Source: Minisyncoccota bacterium (GTDB lineage Bacteria; Patescibacteriota; Minisyncoccia; Phycocordibacterales; PALSA-1337). From it: a DNA stretch of 64,000 nt. Below are positions 45,535 to 56,130 of this stretch, piece by piece. The notes beneath the pieces were generated by a model that worked only from the letters and a program-made list of their open reading frames with translations, was not told the origin of the DNA and did no database searches. How positions within the stretch are numbered: position 1 is the stretch's first letter; every line of letters begins with the position of its first letter. The translations under genes were made by a program, and so were the position numbers. Location: contig JBAZBL010000001.1 of the NCBI GenBank assembly GCA_041671485.1, forward strand, positions 23,037 through 87,036. The letters are read 5' to 3'.

Positions 45535-46647
45535 ATGCAAACAGCCCTTGTAGTACTCGTTGTAATAGCAGTAATTACCAATATCATTCTAGGTATTGCT
45601 CTTTTCAGGCGAAAAAATAAAGGAGAATATAAATATACTAGTAACAATGATGGATTACAACTCATATTGGAACAGGTCAATGAATTATCACGTACAGTTG
45701 ATCGTAAAGTCGGTGACCTTACAAAAACGGTTGATTCAAAAATGCATGACACTGCAAAAAATATGCAGGAATCAGTCCGCAATCAACTTTCAGAATCTTC
45801 AAAACTTATACGAGAAGTAACAGAGGGTATTACCAAGCTAGACGAGACCAATAAACAAGTAATATCATTTGCAGATCAGTTACAAAACCTTCAGGATATC
45901 CTGAAGAATCCGAAGCAAAGAGGAATATTGGGTGAATACTATCTCGAAACTCTGCTAAAAAATGTCATGCCACCAGGAAGTTATGCTATGCAATATGAAT
46001 TGCCGTCAAAAGAAGAAGATGGCAAAAAAGTGATAGCGGATGCAGTTGTATTTGTGAAAGACAAGATAATACCTATTGACTCCAAATTCTCATTGGAAAA
46101 TTACAATCGTCTTGTAGAAGAAAAGAATCCTATAGAAAGAGACAGACTTGAAAAACTATTCAAAAACGATTTGAAGACAAGGATAGATGAAACATCAAAA
46201 TATATACAACCAGAAAACGGAACTATGGACTTTGCTTTTATGTTTATACCTCATGAAGCTATCTACTATGACCTATTGGTCGCAGAAGTTGGGGGCATGA
46301 AGATAAATACACGAGATCTTATCGAATATGCTTTCAAAGATAGGCATGTACTTATCGTATCACCAACTTCATTCCTGGCATTCTTGCAAACTGTACTTCA
46401 AGGATTAAAAGCATTACAGATAGAAGAAACTGCAAAAGATATAGTAAAGAGAGTAGGTGAGCTAGGCAAACATTTGAAATCATTTGAAGATTTCTACGAA
46501 AAGATGGGAGTACATCTCGGCACTGTAGTCAGTCAATACAATAAAGCTGGTCATGAATTCAAGAAAATAGATAAAGATGTTATGAGGATCACTGGAATAA
46601 GTCCAGAACTAGAAGTCCCACTCATAGAAAAGCCAGAAGTTGAATAA
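45535..46647 (+). CDS. rmuC: DNA recombination protein RmuC
   Basis: NPKQRG..GE..LE, IDSKF, KYI.P..GT.DFA.MFIP.E and VSPT motifs. Confidence 0.92.
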   Translation: MQTALVVLVVIAVITNIILGIALFRRKNKGEYKYTSNNDGLQLILEQVNELSRTVDRKVGDLTKTVDSKMHDTAKNMQESVRNQLSESSKLIREVTEGITKLDETNKQVISFADQLQNLQDILKNPKQRGILGEYYLETLLKNVMPPGSYAMQYELPSKEEDGKKVIADAVVFVKDKIIPIDSKFSLENYNRLVEEKNPIERDRLEKLFKNDLKTRIDETSKYIQPENGTMDFAFMFIPHEAIYYDLLVAEVGGMKINTRDLIEYAFKDRHVLIVSPTSFLAFLQTVLQGLKALQIEETAKDIVKRVGELGKHLKSFEDFYEKMGVHLGTVVSQYNKAGHEFKKIDKDVMRITGISPELEVPLIEKPEVE

Positions 46648-46676
46648 TTCGGCAGTCCATGTATAATATAGCGACT

Positions 46677-46994
46677 ATGGAATTTGCCATTATTAAAACT
46701 GGTGGAAAGCAGTACAATGTCTCAAAAGGGGACGTTATTACTATTGAAAAGCTTGGTGATACCCAAAAAGAGGGTGATTCTGTTATATTTGACAAGGTTT
46801 TACTAGTTGATGATGGCAAAAATACTACAATTGGTACTCCTTACATTCCAAAAGCACAAGTAAAAGGCACAATCGAGAAGATAGGCCGTGCACAAAAGAT
46901 CATAGTAACTCACTACAAACAAAAGAGCCGTTACTGGAAAAGAAACGGCCACAGACAACATTTCTTCAATGTGAAGATTGATTCGATCAAATAA
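46677..46994 (+). CDS. rplU: 50S ribosomal protein L21
   Basis: FAIIKTGGKQY.V, IGTPY and GHRQ motifs. Confidence 0.97.
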   Translation: MEFAIIKTGGKQYNVSKGDVITIEKLGDTQKEGDSVIFDKVLLVDDGKNTTIGTPYIPKAQVKGTIEKIGRAQKIIVTHYKQKSRYWKRNGHRQHFFNVKIDSIK

Positions 46995-47036
46995 TAATTT
47001 GAAAGGAGTCAAATAAATTGGACCCTTTCAAATAGG

Positions 47037-47214
47037 GTTTGGAGGTGCAAATACAGAAACTCAAACCTGCGTAACTCGCTTGCGTCATTCTCTTGTATTT
47101 TCACAAAAGACTCGACCTCTCGGACATGAACGGCCTCGTCTTTTGGAAAATACTAGTCGAATGACTACGCTCGAACAGTACTCGGTTTGAGTTTCTGTAT
47201 TTGCACCTCCAAAC
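47037..47214. mobile_element. 178-bp MITE/REPIN-like palindromic element between convergent rplU and recR
   Basis: Perfect 31-bp terminal inverted repeats (47037-47067 / 47184-47214) with further nested complementary segments. Confidence 0.7.
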
Positions 47215-47226
47215 TAAACTTTTCTG

Positions 47227-47838
47227 TCAAAATCGATTCTTCAATGCATTTTTTATCGTATCACTATCTGCATATTCAAGTTCTGAACCAGTAGATAGAC
47301 CTCTCCCTAAAATAGATACTTTTGTCTCTTTTGTATCGATGAATTTTGAGATTGCATCTTTGACTATATTTGTTGTATGTTCACCGTCTGGTGTAGCATT
47401 GAGAGATAGGATTATTTCTTTAGGTTTGGATTCGTCCGATATTCTTTCGAGCAATTCTTTTAGCCTAATTCTCTTGTCTGGTTCTTTGTCGAGAATTGGC
47501 ACGATGCCACCAAGAACAAAATATAATCCTCTATATGCACCACTCTTTTCTATAGATTCAAGATCTGTATCTCTAGCAACTATCATCAATGCCGATACAT
47601 CTCTAGAATTGTCATTGCATATATCACATGTAGTTTTCTTGATACCATTCTCTATAAAAAATCGATGGCATTTATTACATTCATGAGCAAGTCTCTTTAT
47701 AGTCTCTATGAGATATGTAAATTCTTTTGCAAAAGATGGTGGCCTACTCAATACATAATTCACAAAACGCCTAGCTTGTCTCGGTCCAATACCAGGGAAA
47801 TGTGCAAATATTTCTTCTAAACGATGCAACGAATCCAT
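47227..47838 (-). CDS. recR: Recombination protein RecR
   Basis: FPGIGPRQA.R, C4 zinc finger, YFVLGG and GSELEYAD..T motifs. Confidence 0.95.
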   Translation of the reverse strand: MDSLHRLEEIFAHFPGIGPRQARRFVNYVLSRPPSFAKEFTYLIETIKRLAHECNKCHRFFIENGIKKTTCDICNDNSRDVSALMIVARDTDLESIEKSGAYRGLYFVLGGIVPILDKEPDKRIRLKELLERISDESKPKEIILSLNATPDGEHTTNIVKDAISKFIDTKETKVSILGRGLSTGSELEYADSDTIKNALKNRF

Positions 47839-47869
47839 ATGAGAATAATAGCATACCTATTGGCATGAA

Positions 47870-49261
47870 TCAGTCTTTTGTCTCACTTTTTTCAAAATCC
47901 CCAAATTCTCCTTTGTCCATAGAGAGAAATGTAGTTTTTTTGCTATCAAAATAGAGCTTTGCAATACCAGTAGGACCATTTCTATGTTTTTCGATGAGAA
48001 TATCTGTTTCTTCTTTCTTGCCACCCTGATCCTGATCAATTTCGCGGTGAATGAACATAACAACATCGGCGTCTTGTTCAATAGATCCAGAATCGCGCAG
48101 GTCTGATAGTCTAGGACGGCCACCACGCTGTTCGACAGCACGACTCAATTGTGAAAGTGCCAATACTGGTACTTCGAGTTCACGGGCTAAATTCTTGAGT
48201 GAACGAGAAATCTCTGTTACTTGTTGTACCAAATTGTCATTGTATCTAGCATTGGTAGGTAACATCAATTGCAAATAATCAACAACGATTAGTCCTAGCC
48301 CTTTTTCATTTTTAAGTCTCCTAGCTACAGCTCTCATTTTCAAAATATTATTGCCTGGCTGATCATCTATATATATTGGTGCTTGCGAAAGTCGAGATAT
48401 AGCATCACCAATTGCACGAAAATCATTTTCAACAGATAGATTGTGTCCTGTCCTTATCTTCCAAGAATCAACTTGAGATTCGGCAGAAAGCATACGATCT
48501 ACCAATTGCTGTGAACTCATTTCAAGGGAAAATATTGCAACAGGTACTTTGTGATTGACTGCTGTCTTCCTAGCAATATCGAGTGCTAGGGAAGTCTTAC
48601 CCATAGAAGGTCTTGCTGCAAGAATGATGAGATCTGACTTTTGCAAACCAGACAATTTATTGTCCAGTTCTGGAAAACCTGTTGGCACACCGCGCAATTC
48701 ATCTTTTGTTTTATGGAGATGATCAAGCCTTTCCCATGCTTCGTCCAATGTATCTTTGAGAGCAACGTATTTGTGTGAACCTGTTTTATTTGTTACTGCA
48801 TACAGAGCTTTTTCGGCTTTTTCCAAGACTTCATGTAATTCTGTTTCCTCATCATATCCAAGAATATTTATCTGTTCTCCTGCGTGTAAAAGTTCGCGCA
48901 TAACATGCTTATTTTCTACAATTTCTGCATAGTGATGGGCATTTGCAGATGATGGAACAATATTCACCAACTCTGTGAGATATGTCATACCACCCGCATT
49001 CTCCAATAAATTTTTCTCTTTGAGACGTAAAGATACAGACAGAAGATCTATGGGTATTCCTTTGCCGTGAAGTTCGAAGAGTACTATCCATACAGAGCGA
49101 TTTTGATTGGAATAGAAAGAAGTCTCATGAATAATATCTATGACATCATGCATAACTTCTGGATTCATGAGTATTGATCCAAGAAGAGCTTTCTCCGCAT
49201 CAATACTATGAGGTGGAATTTTGAGGTCTCTGGCTTTTAGAAAAGGGGATACTGTAGACAT
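47870..49261 (-). CDS. dnaB: Replicative DNA helicase
   Basis: PPHSIDAE, AARPSMGKT, FSLEMS, DYLQLM and LSDLRDSGSIEQDAD motifs. Confidence 0.98.
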   Translation of the reverse strand: MSTVSPFLKARDLKIPPHSIDAEKALLGSILMNPEVMHDVIDIIHETSFYSNQNRSVWIVLFELHGKGIPIDLLSVSLRLKEKNLLENAGGMTYLTELVNIVPSSANAHHYAEIVENKHVMRELLHAGEQINILGYDEETELHEVLEKAEKALYAVTNKTGSHKYVALKDTLDEAWERLDHLHKTKDELRGVPTGFPELDNKLSGLQKSDLIILAARPSMGKTSLALDIARKTAVNHKVPVAIFSLEMSSQQLVDRMLSAESQVDSWKIRTGHNLSVENDFRAIGDAISRLSQAPIYIDDQPGNNILKMRAVARRLKNEKGLGLIVVDYLQLMLPTNARYNDNLVQQVTEISRSLKNLARELEVPVLALSQLSRAVEQRGGRPRLSDLRDSGSIEQDADVVMFIHREIDQDQGGKKEETDILIEKHRNGPTGIAKLYFDSKKTTFLSMDKGEFGDFEKSETKD

Positions 49262-49476
49262 GAAAGCTATTATAACAGAAGATCAAATCTTTAATCTCAT
49301 AATAAATCAAAAATGGGGATATGATGTGGATTACATCTAATACGAGGTCCGACCTCGTAGCGCCGAAAGAAAACTTTATCATTTCTTCAGCGGAAATTTA
49401 TCAAAATTTTAGGAGAATTTTATCAGGATTTTATCTCCATTTTATATGATTATCTATTATTAGGTAATAAATAAAT

Positions 49477-49722
49477 ATGTCATTAGATCAAAAAGATTTG
49501 GAACTTATAGAACGCATAATATACAAATGCGGTGATGATATTGCTATTGCAATAGGGCGTAGCTTCGAACATCTAGAAGAACGTATAGATGGTGTCGAAT
49601 CGCGCATGTATTCGAGATTGGCCGATGTCGAAGAGAGGATAGAGGATTCACATCAGAGTTCTGTTGATTGTTTCGACTTGATCCGTGAAGATATACGTGG
49701 ACTCGATCAAGAAGAAGTATAG
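49477..49722 (+). CDS. Small acidic coiled-coil hypothetical protein
   Basis: 81-aa ORF with a heptad-like pattern. Confidence 0.55.
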   Translation: MSLDQKDLELIERIIYKCGDDIAIAIGRSFEHLEERIDGVESRMYSRLADVEERIEDSHQSSVDCFDLIREDIRGLDQEEV

Positions 49723-49725
49723 AGA

Positions 49726-51111
49726 TCAATTGCTATGAATTACTGAACCACTATCTGTATCAATAACATTAAAGCCTTTTCCTTCTATTTCTTTACGGAG
49801 TATATCTGCCTTTGACCAATCTTTATCATTGCGTGCTTTTTCTCTTTCTTTTGAAAGAGTCACTATATCTTCTGGAATATTCTCATCTGAAATAATCTTC
49901 AAAGCTGATCCTAAATTCAAGCCAAGTACACGATCAAAATCAAGTATCGTAGACTTCTTGTCTGCATCAGAATGACTAGGATCTTTGACCAATTCCCAAA
50001 TAAGCGCTATTGCTTGTGGAGTATCCAAATCATTACCTATAAAAGCCTCAAAACGGCCCTTATATTGGGATATAATGCTTCCTTGGCCTCCATACCCAGA
50101 AACAGTAATATTTAGACGTATAAGGGCATTTTGGGCCGATTCTAGGGCTTCAAATGAGAAGTTGATAGGTGAACGATAGTGCGCTGTCAAAAGCCAGTAA
50201 CGATATGCCAGAGGAGGAATCCTTTTATCTAATAATGTACCAACTGTAATAGTATTACCCTTTGACTTCGACATTTTGTCTTCATTCATTATCAAAAATT
50301 CATTGTGCATCCAATAATTGGAAAGTTGAGTATCATATGCCGATTCTGATTGAGCAATTTCATTATTGTGGTGTACTGGAATATGATCGATACCACCAGT
50401 ATGAATATCGAAAGGCTGTCCCAAATATTTTCTAGACATTGCCGAACATTCTATATGCCAACCAGGGAAACCTTTTCCCCAAGGACTGTCCCAACCGATA
50501 TTTGCATCGGATTTCCATAAAAGAAAATCTGTAGGATTTCTCTTTTCCGAATCAGACGCTATACGAGCACCTTCTCTAAGTGATTTGACATCGATATTTC
50601 CAAGCTTGCCATAAGTAGGGAATAGGGAAGTATCAAAACATATTCCACTTGATATTTGATATGCAATACCTTTCTTCATCAAAAGATCTATGATTTCTAT
50701 ATCTTCTTTTATATTCTCACTTGCTTTGGGGAATTCATCTGGCAATTTGATATTCAAAGCCTTTAAATCTTCGACAAATATATCAAAAAATTTTATGCCT
50801 ACTTCTTGCATTGCTTCTATAGTCAGTGGTTTATTCTCTCTTTTGAGTGCTTTCGTCATCTTGTCTTCTCCTTCATCAGCATCACTTGAGAGATGACCAA
50901 CGTCAGTAATATTTATGATTTGATGTACTTTGTAATCGAAATATTCAAATGTCCTCCTCAAAGTATCTGCAAAAATATATGAACGCAAATTGCCTATATG
51001 AGCCCTGTCATAAACAGTTGGTCCACAATTGTACATGCCTACTTGTTTGGGCTTAATGGGCTGGAATACTTCTTTTTCCTTTGAAAGGGTATTGTATAAC
51101 TTTATTTCCAT
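49726..51111 (-). CDS. cysS: Cysteine--tRNA ligase
   Basis: CGPTVY..AHIGN, GFPGWHIECSAM, HTGGID...HH.NE and KMSKS motifs. Confidence 0.98.
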   Translation of the reverse strand: MEIKLYNTLSKEKEVFQPIKPKQVGMYNCGPTVYDRAHIGNLRSYIFADTLRRTFEYFDYKVHQIINITDVGHLSSDADEGEDKMTKALKRENKPLTIEAMQEVGIKFFDIFVEDLKALNIKLPDEFPKASENIKEDIEIIDLLMKKGIAYQISSGICFDTSLFPTYGKLGNIDVKSLREGARIASDSEKRNPTDFLLWKSDANIGWDSPWGKGFPGWHIECSAMSRKYLGQPFDIHTGGIDHIPVHHNNEIAQSESAYDTQLSNYWMHNEFLIMNEDKMSKSKGNTITVGTLLDKRIPPLAYRYWLLTAHYRSPINFSFEALESAQNALIRLNITVSGYGGQGSIISQYKGRFEAFIGNDLDTPQAIALIWELVKDPSHSDADKKSTILDFDRVLGLNLGSALKIISDENIPEDIVTLSKEREKARNDKDWSKADILRKEIEGKGFNVIDTDSGSVIHSN

Positions 51112-51151
51112 ATTTATTCATACGGAGGTCTGACCTCCGTATCGCTCGGCA

Positions 51152-52078
51152 TTACTGTAACCATTTCTTCTTCTTGAATGTTATCCAGATACTTGCTGTT
51201 ATTATGACCATAAATACCAATATACCCATCCAACCATAAGAACTTCCGATAAAAGGGACTTTTATGGCAGGAATAGTAAAGAGTGCAGAGATAAATGTGA
51301 GTGGATAAAATATAAAGGCTACAAGTGTAAGGACTTTGATTATCTGATTCTGTTTTGTATTGAGTAGAGAATCATTGGTTTCTCGAAGATCTATGAGCAA
51401 TTCACGACAATTGCCGATCAATTCATGAACTCTATTGAATTGATCTCTTATATCACGGAGATATGGCACGAAGTCTTTTCCGAGTAAATTTGGATTGTCA
51501 TATTCCAAGAATTCATTCCATATATCCCTATGAATACGAGCGGTTTGCCGAAAGTCAATGAGTTCGCGACTTAGATTGGAAAGATTTTTGACCATTTTCA
51601 ATTCGTCTCCACTAAATATCTTTGTTTCCGAACTAGTGAGTGAATCACGAATATTTTCTAGATCTTCGAACATTCCAGAATATATCTTTTTCATCATAAA
51701 ATAAAAAAGATTTGCCGCATTTTCGATCTTTTCATCTTTGTCGAGAATAGAATTGGCTTCGAAAATCTTTGCAAAATATTCCAATTGTTCGATGGTATCA
51801 TTCCTAGCAGTGATCATGAAATTCTTGCCAATGACAAAATCTATTTCTCTATCGACAACTGTATATGAATTACCATCTCTCTCTCTTATTGGCAAAGTCA
51901 ACACAATCAAAATGTATTCTTCATAAAAGTCTATCTTAGCTAGAGATGAAGAACTCTTCAATTCTTCGCCTACCAATGGGTGTAAACCGTACCGTCGGAC
52001 GAGTCCCCCTATTTCAGTATCACTAGGAGACTCGAGATCAATCCATACAATACCACGATATGTGTGAGTTGTAGTCAT
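51152..52078 (-). CDS. corA: CorA-family Mg2+/divalent cation transporter
   Basis: WIDLESP, LHPLV.E and N..IK.LT with two C-terminal TMs; the canonical GMN motif is not evident. Confidence 0.8.
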   Translation of the reverse strand: MTTTHTYRGIVWIDLESPSDTEIGGLVRRYGLHPLVGEELKSSSSLAKIDFYEEYILIVLTLPIRERDGNSYTVVDREIDFVIGKNFMITARNDTIEQLEYFAKIFEANSILDKDEKIENAANLFYFMMKKIYSGMFEDLENIRDSLTSSETKIFSGDELKMVKNLSNLSRELIDFRQTARIHRDIWNEFLEYDNPNLLGKDFVPYLRDIRDQFNRVHELIGNCRELLIDLRETNDSLLNTKQNQIIKVLTLVAFIFYPLTFISALFTIPAIKVPFIGSSYGWMGILVFMVIITASIWITFKKKKWLQ

Positions 52079-52112
52079 TTGTATTTTATATTAGTTATGC
52101 AATAATTATATC

Positions 52113-53318
52113 GTGAATCAGCAAAACAAGACAACTGTTAGATTTTTGGTCTCAATAGCGATTGTGATCACTTTTATTTTGGGTCTATACATTGGCCGAA
52201 GCCAAATGCCTATAAGGTTTGCAAATTCAAATCTAACCGATCTTACAAAAGTTGAACAGGATCAGTTTTCATCATTCTGGAAAGCTTGGAGATTACTCGA
52301 TGAAAAATATGTTACTGCCGCTAGTACTACTATACAAGACAAGATATGGGGGTCTATCGGTGGTTTGGCTGGATCATATAAAGATCCATACACTGTTTTC
52401 TTTCCACCAGTTGAAGACAAAATGTTCAAAGAAGATATATCTGGTGATTTCGAAGGAGTGGGTATGGAGATAGGTATAAAGAATAAACAATTGCAAGTTG
52501 TATCTCCACTAAAGGGAAGTCCTGCTGACAATGCAGGAGTAAAGTCTGGTGACTTTATATTGAAGATTGATGACAAATCAACCGTGGATATGGCAGTTGA
52601 CCAGGCTGTAAAGCTCATTCGTGGTCCAAAGGGCAGTGTAGTAAAAATAACTTTCCTACCTCAAGGCGCTTCGAAGACTGTTGATAGATCTATCACTCGT
52701 GACAAGATAAGCATACCAACGATAGAAACATCAACAAAAGGGAATGGTATATTTGTAATCCGTTTATTTAGCTTTACTGCACAGTCGCCAGACCTATTCC
52801 GTAATGCTCTAAGGGAATTTGTACTTTCTGGTAAAGAAAAACTTATTCTCGATCTTCGTGGCAATCCAGGTGGCTATTTAGACGCTGCATGGGATATGGC
52901 TTCATGGTTCCTTCCAGCAGGGAAGATAGTTGTAAACGAAGACTTTGGCAACAAAGAATCTCCAAAAATTTATCGCAGTAAAGGATATGATATATTCAAT
53001 AACAATCTAAAAATGCTAATACTAGTAGATGGTGGATCTGCATCAGCATCAGAAATATTGGCTGGAGCTCTGGCCGAGAATAGTAAAGCCAAGCTCGTTG
53101 GTACAAAGACTTTTGGCAAGGGTTCGGTCCAAGAATTGGTACCTATCACTTCAGATACATCTCTAAAGATTACAATTGCTCGTTGGCTTACGCCCAATGG
53201 TCACAATCTATCTCAAAGCGGTTTGGATCCAGACTATCCTGTAGAGATAACAGAAGAAAATACAAAAAATGGCAGAGACCCAGTGATGGAGAAGGCAGTT
53301 GAGTTGCTGTCAAAATAG
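52113..53318 (+). CDS. C-terminal processing peptidase (S41, PDZ domain)
   Basis: DPYT, LDLRGNPGG, SASASEI, TFGKGSVQ and KITIARWLTP motifs. Confidence 0.93.
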   Translation: MNQQNKTTVRFLVSIAIVITFILGLYIGRSQMPIRFANSNLTDLTKVEQDQFSSFWKAWRLLDEKYVTAASTTIQDKIWGSIGGLAGSYKDPYTVFFPPVEDKMFKEDISGDFEGVGMEIGIKNKQLQVVSPLKGSPADNAGVKSGDFILKIDDKSTVDMAVDQAVKLIRGPKGSVVKITFLPQGASKTVDRSITRDKISIPTIETSTKGNGIFVIRLFSFTAQSPDLFRNALREFVLSGKEKLILDLRGNPGGYLDAAWDMASWFLPAGKIVVNEDFGNKESPKIYRSKGYDIFNNNLKMLILVDGGSASASEILAGALAENSKAKLVGTKTFGKGSVQELVPITSDTSLKITIARWLTPNGHNLSQSGLDPDYPVEITEENTKNGRDPVMEKAVELLSK

Positions 53319-53339
53319 ATTGATGGTAGATTGGAAGAT

Positions 53340-53780
53340 ATGAAAATCATTTTACTCAAAGATGTTCCGAAGCTTGGTCATCGTCTCGATATCAAAGACG
53401 TTAGTTCTGGCTATGCCACAAATCTCCTCATACCAAAAGGAATGGCTGTATCTGCTACAAAAGAAATGATAAGAAAAACAGAAATAGAAAAGGCTATGAT
53501 AGAAGGGGAGAAGAGGGTACAACAAGATCTATTGGTCAAAAATATCCAAGACTTGGAAGGTATCACTATCACCATGAAGAGTAAGGCCAATGAAAAAGGC
53601 CACCTTTTTGCAGGACTTCATAAAGAAGCTATAGCAGAAGAATTGGCAAAACAAACAAAACTAACTATAGATCCAACATTTATTCAGCTAGAACACCCTA
53701 TCAAAGAAATTGGTGAGCACAATATAGAGGTCAAGGGAATAAAAAAATCAGTCAAGTTCAAACTAGTGATTGAGACCTAA
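53340..53780 (+). CDS. rplI: 50S ribosomal protein L9
   Basis: MKIILLKDV..LG.....V..GYA.N.LIPKG.A, G.LF and PIK.IG.H motifs. Confidence 0.95.
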   Translation: MKIILLKDVPKLGHRLDIKDVSSGYATNLLIPKGMAVSATKEMIRKTEIEKAMIEGEKRVQQDLLVKNIQDLEGITITMKSKANEKGHLFAGLHKEAIAEELAKQTKLTIDPTFIQLEHPIKEIGEHNIEVKGIKKSVKFKLVIET

Positions 53781-53786
53781 ATATAA

Positions 53787-54059
53787 TTAGACGATACTTA
53801 CTAGTTTCTTTCTATCAATATCGTTATTGAAAGAGATTTTTCTTTTTGTAGCAAATTGGACAGTTCCATCCTTCAAAGCAAAAAGGGTATAGTCTTTACC
53901 CATACCTACATTCCTGCCTGGCAAGACTGTAGTACCACGCTGGCGGACGATTATTTGTCCAGTATTGGCATTTTGGCCATGGTTAATCTTGATACCAAGG
54001 AATTTTGGATTTGAATCGCGACCATTTTTGGTTGATCCTTCTGCTTTACGATGGGCCAT
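53787..54059 (-). CDS. rpmA: 50S ribosomal protein L27
   Basis: [24 protein letters not shown] and GKDYTLFA motifs. Confidence 0.98.
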   Translation of the reverse strand: MAHRKAEGSTKNGRDSNPKFLGIKINHGQNANTGQIIVRQRGTTVLPGRNVGMGKDYTLFALKDGTVQFATKRKISFNNDIDRKKLVSIV

Positions 54060-54298
54060 AAAATTAAATCAAAGATTAAAGATAAAAAATCAAAAATTAG
54101 TATAAAAATAGCTTAACATGGGACTATTCTTTATGCAAGTCTCTAAATATGGCTCAAAATAAGGGTATTTATGGTGTTTTATATGGCTTTGTTGAGCCAT
54201 ATTCTGACAGTATGGACTTGACTTTATGCCTTTGAGGTGCTAAGCTATATGCAAATGAGTAAAGTGGGCACCATGCTTACGAAGCTCGTTTTTTATTT

Positions 54299-54766
54299 AT
54301 GATTGAACTTACAACAGGTGTAATCTTCCTAATGTCATCCCTATACGGCTCTCAACATGCAGATATGCAAGTTGCAAATATTGCAAATGCACAGATGCAG
54401 GACGAAGAAAAAGTAGAGAAGGTGGCAATTGTGAAGATTGTTGATCCAAAAGACATCGAAGCATATATCCGCAAAGAATTTTCTGATAAGCCAATCCTAA
54501 TTGAAATTGCATGGTGCGAATCACGCTTCAGGCAATTCAATGAAAATGGAACAGTAATTCGTGGTGAAAAAAATAGCAAAGATGTCGGTGTGATGCAGAT
54601 CAATGAAAGATTCCATGCCGAAGATGCAGTCGAACTAGGATATAACATATATTCAACACAGGGTAATACAGCATTTGGTAAATATCTTTATGAGAAGTAT
54701 GGAACAGATCCATGGAGCGCGTCCAAGAAGTGTTGGAGTCAGTCGGGTGATCTCGCGAAGAAGTAA
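54299..54766 (+). CDS. Lytic-transglycosylase/lysozyme-like (SLT) secreted protein
   Basis: IAWCES.F, D.GVMQIN..H, GN..F...LY...G..PW motifs. Confidence 0.75.
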   Translation: MIELTTGVIFLMSSLYGSQHADMQVANIANAQMQDEEKVEKVAIVKIVDPKDIEAYIRKEFSDKPILIEIAWCESRFRQFNENGTVIRGEKNSKDVGVMQINERFHAEDAVELGYNIYSTQGNTAFGKYLYEKYGTDPWSASKKCWSQSGDLAKK

Positions 54767-54922
54767 AATTATTATTCAAGAACAAAACAAGAGGCTCCCC
54801 AACAGGGGAGTCTTTTGTTATACAGTACCGCGCTTTACACACCATGTCGCACAATAGAAACTTGCAAGTCACATTGTCGCACAACTGTGGATAACTCTTT
54901 TGATCGTGTTTTATCCTGAAAT

Positions 54923-55324
54923 CTACTTGTCGATGATACATCGATATTTAGCAGTCACAGCTTGTCCAGGAGAAAGGTAAGGATACAATTTACTGTCAGT
55001 CAATTTCTGTAAGCTTACTGGAGAACAAATAGGATCAGCGGGACCCGATAACGAAATTGAGGAACCGGTACTATCTCCCTTACAATAACCGACTGATTCT
55101 CCAGTAGGAGTAAAATAATATGTAGTAGCCTTGGCGACATCTGCTAATTTCATTAACTTTCTCTCTATTTTACAAATACCCAGCTCCTTCTCGGTCTCAT
55201 CAAAATACTTACCTGATTGGACGGTCACATTCTCAACTTGGTTCAGATAAAAGAATAGAGCGAGTCCACACAAAATTATAATCACAAGCACTACTAGAAA
55301 GGAGATTAAGATTTTCTTTTTCAT
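54923..55324 (-). CDS. Membrane-anchored hypothetical protein
   Basis: MKKK plus a hydrophobic N-terminal helix; Cys-containing extracytoplasmic part. Confidence 0.55.
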   Translation of the reverse strand: MKKKILISFLVVLVIIILCGLALFFYLNQVENVTVQSGKYFDETEKELGICKIERKLMKLADVAKATTYYFTPTGESVGYCKGDSTGSSISLSGPADPICSPVSLQKLTDSKLYPYLSPGQAVTAKYRCIIDK

Positions 55325-55372
55325 AGATTAAGCATACCACATTTAGCCAACTTGTGGTATAATATTCCACAT

Positions 55373-55986
55373 ATGAAAAACTCACAAAAAGGTTTTATAA
55401 ATATTATTATTGCTATAGTAGTTGTCGTCGCGATCGCTGGATATGTTGCTTGGGATAACAATCTGATCCCCAAAAATATTCTTTCTAATAACAGCGAGAA
55501 ACAGGAAAATGTGGAAATAAATACAAGACTCTTCCGATCGGTCAATCATACAAAAACATCCAATATGGAATTGAAATAACTCCACCTGCGAATTGGGCAG
55601 TAGACGAAAGTAAAAAAGATGGCCAGGTAGTTGGTTTTATTGAGAGATCGCAAGATATTTTATCAATCATATCGGTAACAGCCATTTCTGATCCTGATAT
55701 TACACCGTCTTTCTTTGATCAATACATTGATAACGGGATTCAGCAAGCTCGTGCTACACAAGGAGTTACTTTTATTGGTAGCAGTAAACTCGAATCCAGC
55801 AACCTCCCTACGTACTTGATCGAGTTAAAAATGAATGTAGGGAACAAGCTTATGCACGCTTTACAATTGAGTCTTTTAGCTAAGTCGGGACAAGTGTTCA
55901 TTATTACTGGGATGAGTGAGGATACTCAATGGATAAATCGTAAAGACTTGATCAGAGATTCACTAATGAGTTTCCATTTGCTGTAA
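55373..55986 (+). pseudogene. Frameshifted PsbP-like secreted protein with a prepilin-like leader
   Basis: MKNSQKGFINIIIAIVVVV leader in one frame; YKNIQYGIEITPPANW...SFHLL* continues in another frame; the shift lies between 55492 and 55579. Confidence 0.65.
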
Positions 55987-56130
55987 TTTAGAGGTGTCTA
56001 GTATTACCATTACCGAAATGCTCATGTCTATGTTATCAACACATTTGCTATTAACTTTTAATCTGAATTGTCTATACTAGTAGAGTCATCAGAAAACGCT
56101 GGCCTGTACGGCGTTTTTCTTTGTATATAA

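Noticed and set aside
54887-54895. DnaA box (TGTGGATAA) suggesting oriC
   Set aside because: It is an isolated box with no cluster and no dnaA or dnaN nearby.
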